DNA from: Squalus acanthias
Lineage: Eukaryota
DNA length: 64,000 bases
Direction: 5' to 3'
Assembly: GCA_030390025.1 (NCBI GenBank)
Contig: CM059432.1
Location: 138,634,001-138,698,000 of the forward strand
Made by a program: the position numbers and the translations under genes. A model generated the notes under the pieces. That model saw only the letters and a program-made list of their open reading frames with translations. It had not been told where the DNA came from and searched no databases. Shown in pieces: positions 38,528 through 52,088 of the stretch (position 1 is its first letter; each line of letters starts with the position of its first letter).

Positions 38528-38624
38528 TATATCAATATCCCTCTTGTATGTGAGCTTAATTAATTAGTAATCTTTCACATGGAACTTTAGCAAATGCCTT
38601 ATGGCAGTCTAGGTACACAATGCC

Positions 38625-38856
38625 ATTTTTTTTAATGCAGCGAGTTGTTATGATTTGGAATGCACTTCCCGAAAGCACATTTAATAGTAACTTTCAAAAG
38701 GGAATTGGACATATATATACCTGAAAAGGGAAAATGTGCAAGGCTTTGGGGAAAGAGCCGGGGAGTGGGACTAATTGGTAGCGCTTTCAGAGAGTTGGAA
38801 TAGGCATGATGGGCGGAATGGCCTCTTTCTGTGCTGCATCATTCTATGATTCTATA
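38625..38856 (+). mobile_element. CR1 3' end
   Basis: Same 3' UTR as 3290-3560; attctatgattctat tail. Confidence 0.75.
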
Positions 38857-39349
38857 ACAAGAACCCAAAGAAGCAAACTTACTTTTAATTTCAGCCTGTG
38901 AACAGTCATCTCAATGCCAGGGTAAGAAGCAGTAAGGACAGGTTTTTATGGGGCAATCTGCCCCTGACCTGTGGCCAACGGAGTAGTAGAACGCTGGTTA
39001 CAGACTTGCATGATGCCATTTGGCATCCGTTTAAATCCTATTAGCAGAGCTGCGCCATCTTCTGGTACACTGAAGCGTACTCCTGGCGAATCCACGAGTA
39101 GAAGTCCGGGAGCAGTGCAACTGAGGCAGAGAGCTGGTGTAACAAGTAATTCGGGTAGAGTTAAGGAAATGCCCCTGACACTCTTCTTTGTGGCTTGAAG
39201 ATGTCGGGCACCGTGAGAGGCCTTCAAATGAAGACATCGGGACTGCTGCCTGGGAAGCAGGCGTTGACTTGCATGATGCTAATTTGATGGCGACAGATGA
39301 CTTGTACATTCAGGGTGGAAACCCTTGGACTCTGCTACTTGTGTCCCAA

Positions 39350-39835
39350 CTCGCACCAAGTCCCGTTCACCCATCGCCCCTCTGCTCGCTGACCCACTTT
39401 GGCTCCCGGGTTCGGCAACGCATTGATTTTGAAATCCTCATCCTCGTGCTCAAATCCCGCCATGGCCACGCCCCCTCCCTAACTCTGTAACCTCCTCCAG
39501 CCCTACAACCCTCCGAGATCTCTGTGCTCCTCCAATTCTGACCATTTGCGCATTCCCCTGATTTTAATCGCTCCACCATTGGCGGCCGTGCCTTCAGCTG
39601 CCTAGGCCCTAAACTCTGGAATCCCCTCCCTAAACCTCTCCGTCTCTCTACCTCCCTCTCTCCTTTCCTTTAAGACGCTCCTTAAAACCTACCTCTTTGA
39701 CCAACCTTTTGATCGCCTGTTCTAATATCTCCTTGTGTGGGCCCAGTGTCGAATTTTGTCTGATTATTGCTCCTGTGAAGCGCCTTGCAACGTTTTACTA
39801 CACTGAAGGCGCTATAAAAATGCAAGTTGTTGTAG
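39350..39835 (+). mobile_element. L2 3' fragment
   Basis: Reverse complement of the 18352 family; gttgttgt tail. Confidence 0.8.
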
Positions 39836-40799
39836 TTCATGAAGGCAAATGGAAATGTGTGCAGAAGACCATAAGGTCACACAGGTGCCACAAAACGACA
39901 CCCCCGGTCTTTGAGGAATCCTGCCACGAGAAAAAAAATTCACTGATTTGCTTGTTCGGCTGCAGATAATCCATGGGGAAAACGGCAAATACATCAGTCA
40001 TCTGCTTGACACATCTGTGAACTGCAGATTGACTAATGCTGTTGATGTTCCCTGTGGCAGCTTGGAATCAGCCAGAGGCATAAAAGTGCAGGGTTGTGGT
40101 AACCTTGAAAGGCACTTGGCAGTGTCACCTCTTGAGTTGGAGCTATTCTGAAGAAGGCACAATTCTAGAGTGAGGCGCAACCTATGAAAACTGTTTTTCC
40201 ATGCGTCAACTTGCCTATCATTATAATCGATTTCAATATTGCAATGAGGTTCCTGCCTGGTTTTTTTTTTGGCAAGACCTATTTGCCTGGCTGCGTTCTG
40301 CCCTCCCTGGAAGTGTCTGCGAGGCATATTGTGGCCAGAGACCGCACACAGTCAGGTCTCTTTACCAGGTGTGTGCACTTCTGCCTGCAGACATGGGTCC
40401 GCGGATTGTGGTGGGTGTGTGACTTGAATGGAGTAAATTGGGGGTGGGTGTCAAACGGGCGGCTGACCTGATCCCGTCAGTTTCTCGCTGGGAAGGGCAG
40501 GTTAGGTGAAAACGGACCTCACTGAGAACCAATAGAAGCTTCCAGCAGAGAAGGAGGCCATTCGGCCCATCGTGTCTGTGCCAGCTCTCTGTTGGAGCAT
40601 TAAAGTAAAAACCTACGACCCTACTCTCTCCTACAATTCTATTGTGCTAGACTATACCTTTCCTGAGGTTTGCATCGCCTTTATGGGGAGTTTAGGGAAG
40701 AGGGGAATCCTGGGAAGTGTCTTTCTGGGCTGTTACCAATAGGTTTCATAGTGTCATTGTTAGAGGCCTGAACAAGTCGTTTGCTGATCCTCTGAGCTC

Positions 40800-41035
40800 G
40801 ATTTTAATCGCTCCACCATTAGCGGCTGTTCCTTCAGCTGCCTGGGCCCCAATCTCTGGAATTCCCTCCCTAAACCTCTCCGCCTCTCACCTCTTTTAAG
40901 ACGCTCCTTAAAACCTACCTCTTTGACCAAGCTTTTGATCACCTGTCCTATGTAGCTCGGTGTCAAATTTTGTTTGTTAACGCTCCTGTGAAGCGCCTTG
41001 GGATGTTTTACTGTGTTAAGGTTGTTGTTGTTGAT
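40800..41035 (+). mobile_element. L2 3' fragment
   Basis: Same family; (ttg)n tail. Confidence 0.75.
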
Positions 41036-41980
41036 ATCTAAGTAAAGGAGAAGCAAATACCTTTTGTGAAGAACAAAAGAGATTGTTTCTTCTTTCCCCT
41101 GAGCCGTACGGAGCAGAAAGTTCCCAGGTTCAGTCTATGGGCTCCGCTGAATGAACTGGTCTCAGGCATCAGAATAAATGGCCTCAGCAATTCCAGGTAG
41201 AGGAGGGAATGGGGAAAACAATCAACTCGGGTTCCCAATTGCCTGCATCCTTCCTTTTGTCCTCCCACCTCTTCCTGCAAATAATGCAGGGATAATGGGA
41301 TTCCCATCGGAACACCAGCTAGAAGTACTTCCACCTAAAGTCTTCACCCGCAACCTACAAAATATAACCTGGCAATAAATAACGGACAGAAAATTGCACT
41401 TAAAATGTAATTGGCAGCAATTCAAAGTTTCCCTTTCAATGCTTACTTCCTGCTCATGTAGAACGGCCATGCTTGGAATGCTTCATACTGGCAATGGAAA
41501 GACACTGAGCATTCCCAGCAAGTATCGCAGGAAATAGCACACGTCAATTTACATGTTGTTATAATCAATCGTAATCGTGTAATGGAGCTCCTGCCTGTTT
41601 TTTGGCAAGGTCTTTTTGTCTGGCTGCCTTCTGCCCTCCCTGGAAGTATCTACGGAGGCATATTGTGGCCAGAGACCGGCCAAGCAGGTCTCTTCACCCG
41701 ACTTCATGACCTCTTACCTCCCGTTCTGTGCCAGTGTCACCAGTGGCAGTGATCGAAAAATATGGCCTGAAATTCCACTCAGGCTAAATAGGGGGCGCTA
41801 GTGCATTTTGCTTGTTGCATTTTACATTGTCAGAACAGAATGGATTCACCCACCAGCCCCCAACCCCCAACCCTCCTCCCCCCCACCCAGATTTGTGCCG
41901 TCCTCTCATTTAAAAGCTGGTAGTGCATTTCTCAGCGGTTTACATCGTGTACAAAGTGCTCAGGTCTGGATTTCCTGGGC

Positions 41981-42482
41981 AACAACAACTTGCATTTATA
42001 TAGCGTCTTTAACATAGTAAAAACGTCCCAAGGTGTTCACAGGAGCGATTATCAAACAAAATATGACAACAAGCCACCTAAGGAATTATAAGGACAGGTG
42101 ATCAAAAGCTTGGTCAAAGAGGTAGGTTTTAAGGAGCGTCTTAAAGGAGGAGAGAGAGGCGGAGAGGTTTAGGGAGGGAATTCCAGAGTTCAGGGCCTCG
42201 GCAGCTGAAGGCACGGCCGCCAATGGTGGGGCGAAGGAAATTGGGGATGCGCAAGAGGCCAGAATTGGAGGAGCGCAGAGATCTTGGAGGGTGGTAGGGC
42301 TGGAGGAGGTTACAGAGATTGGGAGGGGAGAGGCCATGGAGGGCTTTGAACACAAGAATGAGAGTTTTTTTTTTTAAATCGAGGCAATGCCGGACCAGGA
42401 GCCAATGCAGGTCAGCGAGCACAGAGGTGATGGGAGAACGGGAGTTGGTGCGAGTTAGGACACGGGCAGCAGAGTTTTGGGT
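41981..42482 (-). mobile_element. L2 3' fragment
   Basis: LADLHWL..LVFKALHGLSP..RSLRSS motif. Confidence 0.85.
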
Positions 42483-42511
42483 GGGTAGAGTGCGTTGGTT
42501 CAGCTTCTTAA

Positions 42512-43476
42512 AGTGGATGAGGGAACCAAATGTAATATTTCCAAGTTTGCTGACGACACGAAACTAGGTGGGATTGTGAGTTGTGAGGAGGATGCAAAGA
42601 GGCTTCAAGACGATTTAGACAAGTTGAGTAAGTGGGCAAATACATGGCAGATGCAGTAGAATGTGGATAAATGTGAAGTTATCCACTTCGGTAGGAAAAA
42701 CAGAAAGGTAGAGTATTTTTTAAATGGTGATAGATTGGGAAATGTTGATGTACAAAAGGGACCTGGGTGTCCTTGTATACCAGTCACTGAAAGCAAACAT
42801 GCAGGTGCAGCAAGCAGTTAGGAAGGTATGTTGGCCTTCATTGCAAGAGGATTTGAGTACAGGAGCAAGGATGTCTTACTACAGTTGTACAGGGCCTTGG
42901 TGAGACCACACCTGGAGTACTGTGTGCAGTTCTGGTCTCCTTACCTAAGAAAGGATATACTTGCCATAGAGGGAGTACAGCGAAGGTTCACCAGACTTAT
43001 TCCTGGGATGGCAGGACTGTCATATGAGGAGAGATTGGGTCGACTAGGCCTGTATTCACTAGAGTTTAGAAGAATGAGAGGGGTTCTCATTGAAACGTTT
43101 AAAATTCTGACAAGGCTAGACAGACTGGATGCAGGGAGGATGTTTCCCCTGGCTGGGGGGTCTAGAACGAGGGGTCACAGTCTCAGGATACAGGGTAGGA
43201 CATTTAGGACTGAGATGAGGAGAAATTTCTTCACTCAGAGGGTGGTGAACCTGTGGCATTCTCTACCACAGAAGGCTGTGGAGGCCAAGTCACTGAATAT
43301 ATTTAAGAAGGAGATAGATAGATTTCTAGACACAAAAGGCATCAGGGGGTATGGGGAGAGAGCGGGAATATGGCTTTGAGATAGAGGATCACCCATGATC
43401 GTGTTGAATGGCGGAGCAGGCTCGAAGGGCCGAATGGCCTACTCCTGCTCCTATTTTTTTTTTCTATGTTTCTATG
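42512..43476 (+). mobile_element. CR1/HER1 3' fragment
   Basis: KFADDTKLGG and ORF 42828-43379; (ttctatgt)n tail. Confidence 0.9.
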
Positions 43477-45118
43477 ACCCCTGCAGTTCCCGTTGGCGGC
43501 GAGTTTGGCACTGGGCATGTTCTGCTGTTTACTGTATCGAGAGGAGACAGAATACTATTAATGCCGGGAGAGAAGCATAGTTCAGGCAAAGTGTTCTCGA
43601 ATGCTGGGGCCCAACAATAAAGTTGAAACCAAACAAAAGGGAAGAAATAAACATCCAACCCAAAGAAACACACAATGGCGCAATGCCAGGAAATCTTAAA
43701 TGATCAACAAAAAGGACTTACCTCGTTAAAAGACCGGTTTGGACAGGTTTAAAGCTACTTCCAGTGGCTGTGCGTCTAAAGGCCTGTGTTTGCTCCAGTT
43801 CTTCAAACCACACAGGTCAGGTCTCGTGCCAAGGATGCAATACATCAGAATTCTCAGGGCATCCCCAACAGGCCCACAAATGCATGCTCCAACAAGGCTT
43901 GCGACAGGGAGAAGCGTAGGCCTCCTGTGCTCCCAGTGCAGCCTAGGTTAGCGTAAATTGATACAAAACTGGCCCAAGGGCATAGGTCGCGGTTTTCTGT
44001 ACCCAGCACGCACCACTGACACACAGAGTAAGAATTTTAACCCTTTAGATACCAAAGTGGAAGGAGAAGGAGTTCACACATTTCATTTCCCACTTGGTGA
44101 ATTCCCATGGCTGTTGCTGAGAAAGAGCGAGGCCCTTCACAGGTGTGCCCGAGGCGTGCCAGGCCCTGTTGGTGAATAATGTGCTGTACAGGAAGACCAG
44201 AAAGATGAGAGAAGAGAAAATGTCCAACACAACAAAGGATTTTAAAATAAAAGACCCTTGTAAAACAAGACTAAAACACTGGTATTGAAAAACTGTATTG
44301 GCTGGGTGAGGAACCTAAAACTAGAACTAAAAACATGGATAGAAAACTGCAGCCGCTCAATCTATGGTATCGAGCTATTTGGACCTTCTGTGTGATGATA
44401 GCATTTGGCCCTGTGCTTGCCTCTGCCAGAGTGTCATTAACTGTAGGGATATTATTAGGTTTGAGGATAACTCTAATCTGGTGCCAAGTTCTTGACGACT
44501 TGGGCAGCCTTCTTGCACATCACGTTCTGCCCATCAGGTTGAGGATAATGGGGTCGCTTTCCAGGATATATCCACCGAAGGCCAGGCTCATTTGGCTGTA
44601 TTGATAATCGCTTCAAAGTTAATGCCTCGAACAAAGAACGCTTCTCAAAACCTTTGTTTTTTTACTCCCTGAAAATAGTGGACCTATCAACATAAGTGTG
44701 GAGGTGGGCGGCGAAGAGAGAGAGAGAGACAGAGGAAGACGGTTCAGACGAGAAATTCTCAAATCAGGCTTTATTATTTTTCTCTGCAATAACTTTTTAC
44801 TGCCTCTGCCTGCTTTTGAATATTACTTGGTAGACACTTGTTTTAAAAAATACCTACTTTTTTTTTTACAAAGCCTTCAGAATGTTTGCTTTTAAAACCA
44901 TTCAACGGCATAACATGATTTTCATAGAATCACGGAAGTTACAGCACAGGAGACCATTCGGCCCATCATGTTTGTTCCGATGCTAGCTCTTGAACTGGGG
45001 CTATCTACTCTCATTCGATTCTGCCGCTACCAGAAGGGAATTGAACCGCTGCTACTCGGGTGTGTGTCACTTTTTCCGAACAGCTGAATTGACTTTTGCC
45101 TTGGATTTACAAAACCTG

Positions 45119-48022
45119 GGGCTGGATTTTCTCAATGGGGAGCTTTGGAGGCGGGACTCCCACTTGTCAGGTTTTAGTCCCGCCTCCATCGACTTGTGGC
45201 CAACCCACACTATCTTCTCTTGATTGACCTTGTTAAGCCCGCCCAGCGGGCATAGCAGGCCGATTAAGGGAAAGCTGGTTACAGGTGACGTCAGCGAATA
45301 AAAAAGGGAAGGTGGCTCAACCATGGCTAACAAGGGAAATCAGGGATAGTATTAAAACCAAGGAAGTTGCATACAAATTGGCCAGAAGTAGCAGCAAACC
45401 CGGGGACTGGGAGAACTTCAAAACTCAGCAGAGGAGGACGAAGGGTTTGATTAGGGCAGGAAAAATAAAATATGAAAGGAAGCTTGCAGAGAACATTAAA
45501 ATGGACAGCAAAAGCTTCTATAAATATGTAAAAAGAAAGAGGTTAGTAAAAACAAACGTAGGTCCCCTGCAGTCGGAAACAGGGGAAGTCGTAATGGGGA
45601 ACAAGGAAATGGCAGATCAATTGAACAAGTACTTTGGTTCGGTGTTTACTGTGGAGGACACACACAACCTGCCGGAAATAAAAGGGGTCAGAGGATCTGG
45701 TAAGAGGGAGGAGCTGAGGGAAATCCTTATTAGTCGGGAAAAGGTATTGGGAAAATTGATGGGACTGAAGGCTGAAAAATCCCCGGGGCCTGATGGTCTG
45801 CATCCCAGAGTACTTAAGGAGGTGGCCTTGGAAATAGTGGATGCATTGACGATCATTTTCCAACATTCCTTAGACTCTGGATCAGTTCCGATGGAGTGGA
45901 GGGTGGCCAATGTAACCCCTCTTTTTAAAAAAGGAGGGAGGGAGAAAGCAGGGAATTATAGACCGGTCAGCCTGACATCGGTCGTGGGTAAAATGATGGA
46001 AGCAATTATTAAAGATGTCATAACAGACCATTTGGAAAGTGGCGACATGATAGGTCCAAGTCAGCATGGATTTGTGAAAGGGAAATCATGCTTGACAAAT
46101 CTTCTGGAATTTTTTGAGGATGTTTCCAATAGGGTGGACAGGGGGGAACCAGTAGATGTGGTGTATTTGGACTTTCAGAAGGCCTTCGACAAGGTTCCAC
46201 ACAAGAGATTGGTGAGCAAAGTTAAAGCACATGGGATTGGGGGTAATGTGTTGACGTGGATTGAGAACTGGTTGGCACACAGGAAACAAAGAGTAGGAGT
46301 AAATGGGTACTTTTCAGAATGGCAGGCAGTGACCAGCGGGGTACCGCAGGGTTCGGTGCTGGGACCCCAGCTGTTTACATTATATATTAATGATTTGGAC
46401 GAAGGGATTAAATGTAATATCTCCAAATTTGCGGATGACACTAAATTGGGAGGCAGTGTGAACAATGAGGAGGATGCTAGGAGGCTACAGAGTGACTTGG
46501 ACAGGTTGGGTGAATGGGCAAATGTATGGCAGATGAAGTACAATGTGGATAAATGTGAGGTTATCCACTTTGGTGGTAAAAATAGAGAGGCGGACTATTA
46601 CCTGAATGGTGGCAGATTAGGGAAAGGGGAGGTGCAACGAGACCTGGGCATCATGGTACATCAGTCATTGAAGGTGGGAATGCAAGTGCAGCAGGCAGTC
46701 AAGAAAGCAAACGGAATGATGGCCTTCATAGTAAGGGGATTTGAGTACAGGAGTAGGGAGGTGATGCTGCAGTTGTACAGGGCCTTGGTGAGGCCACACC
46801 TGGAGTATTGTGCGCAGTTTTGGTCTCCTAACTTAAGGAAGGACATTCTTGCTATTGAGGGAGTGCAGCGAAGGTTCACTAGATTGATTCCTGGGATGGC
46901 CGGACTGACATATCAAGAAAGATTGGGTCAACTGAACTTGTATCCTCTGGAGTTCAGAAGAATGAGGGGGGATCTTATAGAGACATTTAAAATCCTGACT
47001 GGTTTAGACAAATTAGATGCGGGCAGAATGTTCCCAATGGTAGGGAAAACTAGAACCAGGGGTCACAGTCTAAGGATTAAGGGGAAGCCATTTAGGACTG
47101 AGCTGAGGAGGAACTTCTTCACCCAGAGAGTGGTGAATCTATGGAATTCTCTTCCACAGAAGGTTGTTGAGGCCAGTTCGCTAAATATATTCAAAAGGGA
47201 GTTAGATATAACACTCACAACTAGGGGGATCAAGGGGTATGGCGAGAAAGCAGGAATGGGGTACTGAGGTAGCATGTTCAGCCATGAACGCATTGAATGG
47301 CGGTGCAGGCTCGAAGGACCGAATGGTCTACTCCTGTACCTATTTTCTATGTTTCTATGTTTCTATGTGACGTTTCATCTGTCAAGAGCTTTTGACAGAT
47401 GAAATGTCAGTGTTTGACGGCTCTGTGAAGCTGTCAAACACGGACAATCTGTCCTCTCAGTTGAGCCCTTCCACTCAGGCTCAGTTAGAGAGCTCTCCTG
47501 AGCAGAAAGCAGAAGCTGCAGCTTTCGACAGTTCAGCGGCCATTCTGCTTTCTGTGCCGGTGAGATGAGGGACTCCCGAGACCTGAAGGGAGGAAGCCTG
47601 CAGGAAGAAGTAAAAGGTAAGTAAAACTTATTAAAACACTTTACACTCACCTCACACACTCACCTCTCCACACTTGCACCCATCACTCACCTGCACACCG
47701 GACATCTCGACCCCTCCGACCCCTGCAGTCCGATGGCTCGTCTCACTGACCCTGGCGAGGTTCAGAGCTGTCGGGAAGCCCACACTTCAGGGCTGAAAAT
47801 AGGGATTCTCCAAAAAACTGCCTGTTAACAGGCAGTTAATTGACACTAATCCCCTTCCCGCCTCGGGGAGGCGACTCCCAGCACAGGTCGGGTGCCCGCC
47901 TCCTGGGAAGATGGCACGGAGGTGGGTTGGGGGGCGGGATGGGTACCCACCCCCAGTTTCTGCCATTTTCCCGGCAGTCCCGCCTCCATACCCGCCTCCC
48001 CAGGGCTGGCAAAATCGCCCCC
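45119..48022. mobile_element. PIF/Harbinger MITE split by a young CR1
   Basis: Ends gggctggatttt / aaaatcgccccc; the two halves rejoin across the CR1 TSD. Terminal bases are uncertain by 1-2 nt. Confidence 0.7.
45292..47366 (+). mobile_element. Young 5'-truncated CR1/HER1 LINE with an uninterrupted ORF2 fragment
   Basis: 660-aa open frame (45285-47267) with a complete RT core (YLDFQKAFDKVPH, QGSVLGP, FADD); (tttctatg)3 tail; TSD GTGACGT (45285-45291, 47367-47373). Confidence 0.95.
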
Positions 48023-48061
48023 CTTGTGTCAGACCCCAAGAGATGATCTACTTCAGCAGAG

Positions 48062-49386
48062 CACTTGGAAAACAGTGACAGGATCGGACAAAGTCAACAT
48101 GGATTTACAAAAGGTAAATCATGCTTGACTAATCTACTGGAATTTTTTGAGGATGTAACTGGTAGAATAGATAAGGGAGAACCAGTGGATGTGGTGCATT
48201 TGGACTTTCAGAAGGCTTTCGATAAGGTCCCGCATAAGAGATTAGCGTGTAAAGTTAAAGCAAACGGGATTGGGGGTAAGGTACTGTCTTGGATAGAGAA
48301 CTGGTTGGCAGACAGGAAGCAAAGAGTTGGAATAAACGGGTCTTTTTCCGAGTGGCAGGCAGTGACTAGTGGGGTACCGCAGGGATCGGTGCTAGGACCC
48401 CAGTTATTCACAATATATATTAATGATCTAGACAAGGGAACTAGATGTAATATCTCCAAGTTTGCAGATGACACAAAGCTGGGTGGGCGTGTGTGCTGTG
48501 AGGATGGTGCAGAGAAACTCCAGTATGATTTGGACAGGTTGGGTGATTGGGTAAATGCATGGCAGATGCAGTATAATGTGGATAAATGCGAGGTTATCCA
48601 CTTTGGTGGCAAAAAAGGAAGGCAGATTATTATCTGAACGGCGATAGATTGGGAAAAGGGGAAGTGCAATGAGACCTGGGTGTCCTTGTGCACCACTCGC
48701 TGAAGGTAAGCATGCAGGTGCAGCAGGCGGTTAAGAAGGCAAATAGTATGTTGGCCTTCATAGCGAGAGGATTCGAGTACAGGAGCAAGGATGTCTTGCT
48801 GCAGTTGTACAGGGCCTTGGTGAGACCACACCTTGAGTATTGTGTGCAGTTTTAGTCGCCTTATCTGAGGAAGGATGTTCTTGCCATGGAGGGAGTGCAG
48901 CGAAGATTCACCAGACTGATACCTGGGATGGCAGGAATGACGTATGAAGAGAGATTGGGTCGATTGGGCTTGTATTCGCTAGAGGTTAGGAGAATGAGAG
49001 GGGATCTCATTGAAACTTATACAATTCTAACAGGACTAGACAGACTAGATGCAGGAAGGATGTTCCCGATGGCGGGGGAGTCCAGAACCAGGGGTCACAG
49101 TCTAAGGATAAGGGGTAGGCCATTTAGGACTGAGATGAGGAGGAATTTCTTCACCCAGAGAGTGGTGAACCTGTGGAATTCTCTACCACAGAAGGCCGTT
49201 GAGGCCAATTCATTAAATATATTTAAGAAGGAGTTAGATATATTTCTTAAGGCTAAAGGGATCAAGGGATATGGGGAGAAAGCAGGGACAGGGTACTGAA
49301 TTTGGATGATCAGCCATGATCTCATTAAATGGCAGAACAGGCTCGAGGGGCCGAATGGCCTACTCCTGCTATCTTCTATGTTTCAT
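48062..49386 (+). mobile_element. CR1/HER1 fragment (RT to tail) with frameshift and stops
   Basis: ORFs 48065-48637 and 48886-49299. Confidence 0.9.
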
Positions 49387-49599
49387 AATTACTTGCTCAA
49401 AAGTAGCGAATCTGCTTTATTTACGGTTTTCCTTACATGGCAACATGCATAAATGCTAATGTCTGCAGCACAAATAATATTTTAAAATAAAATCTTGCCA
49501 CAGGCTAGTATTTTAATAGGTCGTGATTAAAAATAGCTAATCCAGCATACACTGCATAGGTGTGCAATGCAGAATATTATTCTATTAATGCAAGTGTAA

Positions 49600-49962
49600 T
49601 ACTCGCCCCTCCCTCTCTCTGTAACCTCCTCCAGCCCCACAACCCTCCGAGATCTCTGCGCTCCTCCAATTCTGGCCTTCTGCGCATCCCCGCTTTCCAT
49701 CGCTCCACCATTGGCGGCCGTGCCTTCTGTTGCCTGGGCCCTAAGCTCTGTAATTCCCTCCCTAAACTTCTCCGTATCTCTACCTCTCTCTCCTCCTTTA
49801 AGATGCTCCTTAAAACCTACCTCTGTGACCAAGCTTTTTGGTCGCCTGTCCCAATACCTCCTTACGTGGCTCAGTGTCAAATTTTGTTTGAGAATTGCTC
49901 CTGTGAAGCGCCTTGGGGCGTTTGACTACATTACAGGCGCTATATAAATGCAAGCCGCTGTA
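49600..49962 (+). mobile_element. L2 3' fragment
   Basis: Same family as 18352. Confidence 0.8.
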
Positions 49963-51276
49963 GGTGTTTAAGGGCTGAAGATGCATCGTGAAAGCAACAA
50001 TAGTTTGTAAATATTAGACAGTACCACTGTAATATTTCAGATGCCATTTTCTTGAACACTCGCTCCCTCCTTAAATATTATTAAGCTGCCACACTTTGTT
50101 TTGACAAATCAATATATAGCATACCATATATTTGTAGGTGAACGTATGCATATACTCTGTTCACAACACTTGTAGATTAGCTATAGTCCCTCCCCCTCCT
50201 TTTTTTTGTGGCCTTTCTTTCTCTCCAATTATAAACCACCACTAGATTTTCATCAGCCATCTCCATGTCTCCAAATGGCTTTTCAGTGTCAGTCCTGTCA
50301 GGAAATTAACTCATCACAGCTTGGCAGCTGCTAATTTTTTCTCCTTTCATGTCAGATGAATTGTCTACTGAAGCTAATAATGAATCACCAATCCCTGATT
50401 AGAAGGTGCTTCGGAAAAGCAAAACTGCCATCTGAGCTTTTTAAAAAAAAATATATAAAATGATATCATCCCCGGAGAGTTTAAAAAGAATTGTATTCCC
50501 CTCAACGCCATGAAACAAGGATAGGCTATTTGAGTGAGCTGTGTTCTATCTTAAATTACAGGCTAATATTACATTGTAAAATAAAGGGAACCTTGCAGTT
50601 GAATTTCTCTCCGAGTCTTTAAGCTGCCTGCTCCCGTCACAGACTAAAATATTACAATGTATTTCTCATTCAGCTTCTTCAGAGCTGCACAACACACCTT
50701 GTGGGTAACCTTTTGTTCTCAGCCCTGTTCATCTTCCCTTTTGGCTCATCACGCATACAATCAGATGTGCTGATTTGACACTGTAAGCTACACTGGTCTC
50801 ATGAAAGATTAAATGCCAGCTCAGACATGTTTATCGTACATAAATCAGAAATGGTAACTTGTCACGTGTCAATGTCAGTGCCCGGCGCAACGCGGGAAAG
50901 GTTAAGGGAGCAAGTTCGTGGGTCAAACTTTTTTGGCGTAATGCCGGCTGAGTCAGAAAGAATTTGTGGGAAAAATGCAACTGCAAGTAAAACAAAAACG
51001 GCTTATGGTAAAATGACCATGTTCAGATTTGCCCAACTTTTTTGAGTTTACGAGCACATTATTAGTTGATTATTACCTTTCATTCTGCCCATCCGTATAA
51101 AACCACGACAGATTCGAGTTTAGAAAAAGGAACTTAGATATTTGGATATGACGATATGAATAGGAGGCATTTAGCCATGAAGAAAAAAGTCAAAAAGAAT
51201 GAATAGTAAGGGTGAATGACACAAGAGGAGCTCTTTGTTGAAGCGATGATGGGTGGCGGAGAAGGGGCAGATTTTC

Positions 51277-51652
51277 ACTCCATGGCCTCGCCTCGCCCCG
51301 CCCTATCTCCTCCAGTAACTTCCTCCAGCCCTACAAACCCTCCGAGATCTCTGCTCTCCTCCAACTCTAGCCTCTTGAGCATTCTTGATTTCCTTTGCCC
51401 CTCCATTGGCAGCCGTTCCTTCAGCTGCCTCGGTCCTAAACTCTGGAATTCCCTCCTAAACCTTTCCACCTCTCTACTTCTCTCTCCTTTGAGTCGCCCC
51501 TTAAAACCTACCTCTTTGACCAAGCTTTGGTTACCTGTCCTAATATCTCCTTATGTGGCTCAGTGTCAAATTTTGTTTGATATCGCTCCTGTAAAGCTTC
51601 GAATGTTTTACTACATTAAAGGTGCTATATAAATATAAATTGTTGTTTTTGT
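51277..51652 (+). mobile_element. L2 3' fragment
   Basis: Same family, more diverged. Confidence 0.75.
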
Positions 51653-51949
51653 TAAATAGAACTTGCATTACTGAAACAGGCTGTTCAGCCCAACCAGTCC
51701 ATGTTGGTTTTTGTCCTCCACATAAGCAGTAGTCCTAATCCCATGTCCTACCCTGTCCCTTTATCACTTTATCAGCCTTTCCTTCAATATATATATATAT
51801 CTAACCTATTCTTAAATGTTGACATAGTCTCTGTTTCAATCACCAACTCTGGTAGCACATTCCACAGATTCAACCTTCTGTGTACAAAATGTTTCTTCTG
51901 CTCTTTGTCCTAAATCTCCACTTGCCTGGATGAGTGCAGCTCCAACAAT

Positions 51950-52088
51950 TGGATATATACGCAAAGGGGAAACGTCTGCAGGGCTTTGGGGAGAGAGCAG
52001 GTGTGTGGGACTAAATGGATAGCTCTTTCAAAGAGCCGGCACTGGCACGATAGGCTGAATGGCCTCCTTCTGCGCTGTATGATTCTAT
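51950..52088 (+). mobile_element. CR1 3' UTR fragment
   Basis: gctctttcaaagagccggc..gaatggcctccttctg..tatgattcta. Confidence 0.7.

Noticed and set aside
38860..39350. Overlapping short ORFs in unique sequence (also 43690-44700, 55620-56310, 59667-59901)
   Set aside because: No recognisable domain or consistent splice structure; cannot be supported as exons without a search.
45285..47267. Domesticated RT gene
   Set aside because: No ATG or promoter context, 5'-truncated, with intact TSD and tail; recent insertion explains the open frame.
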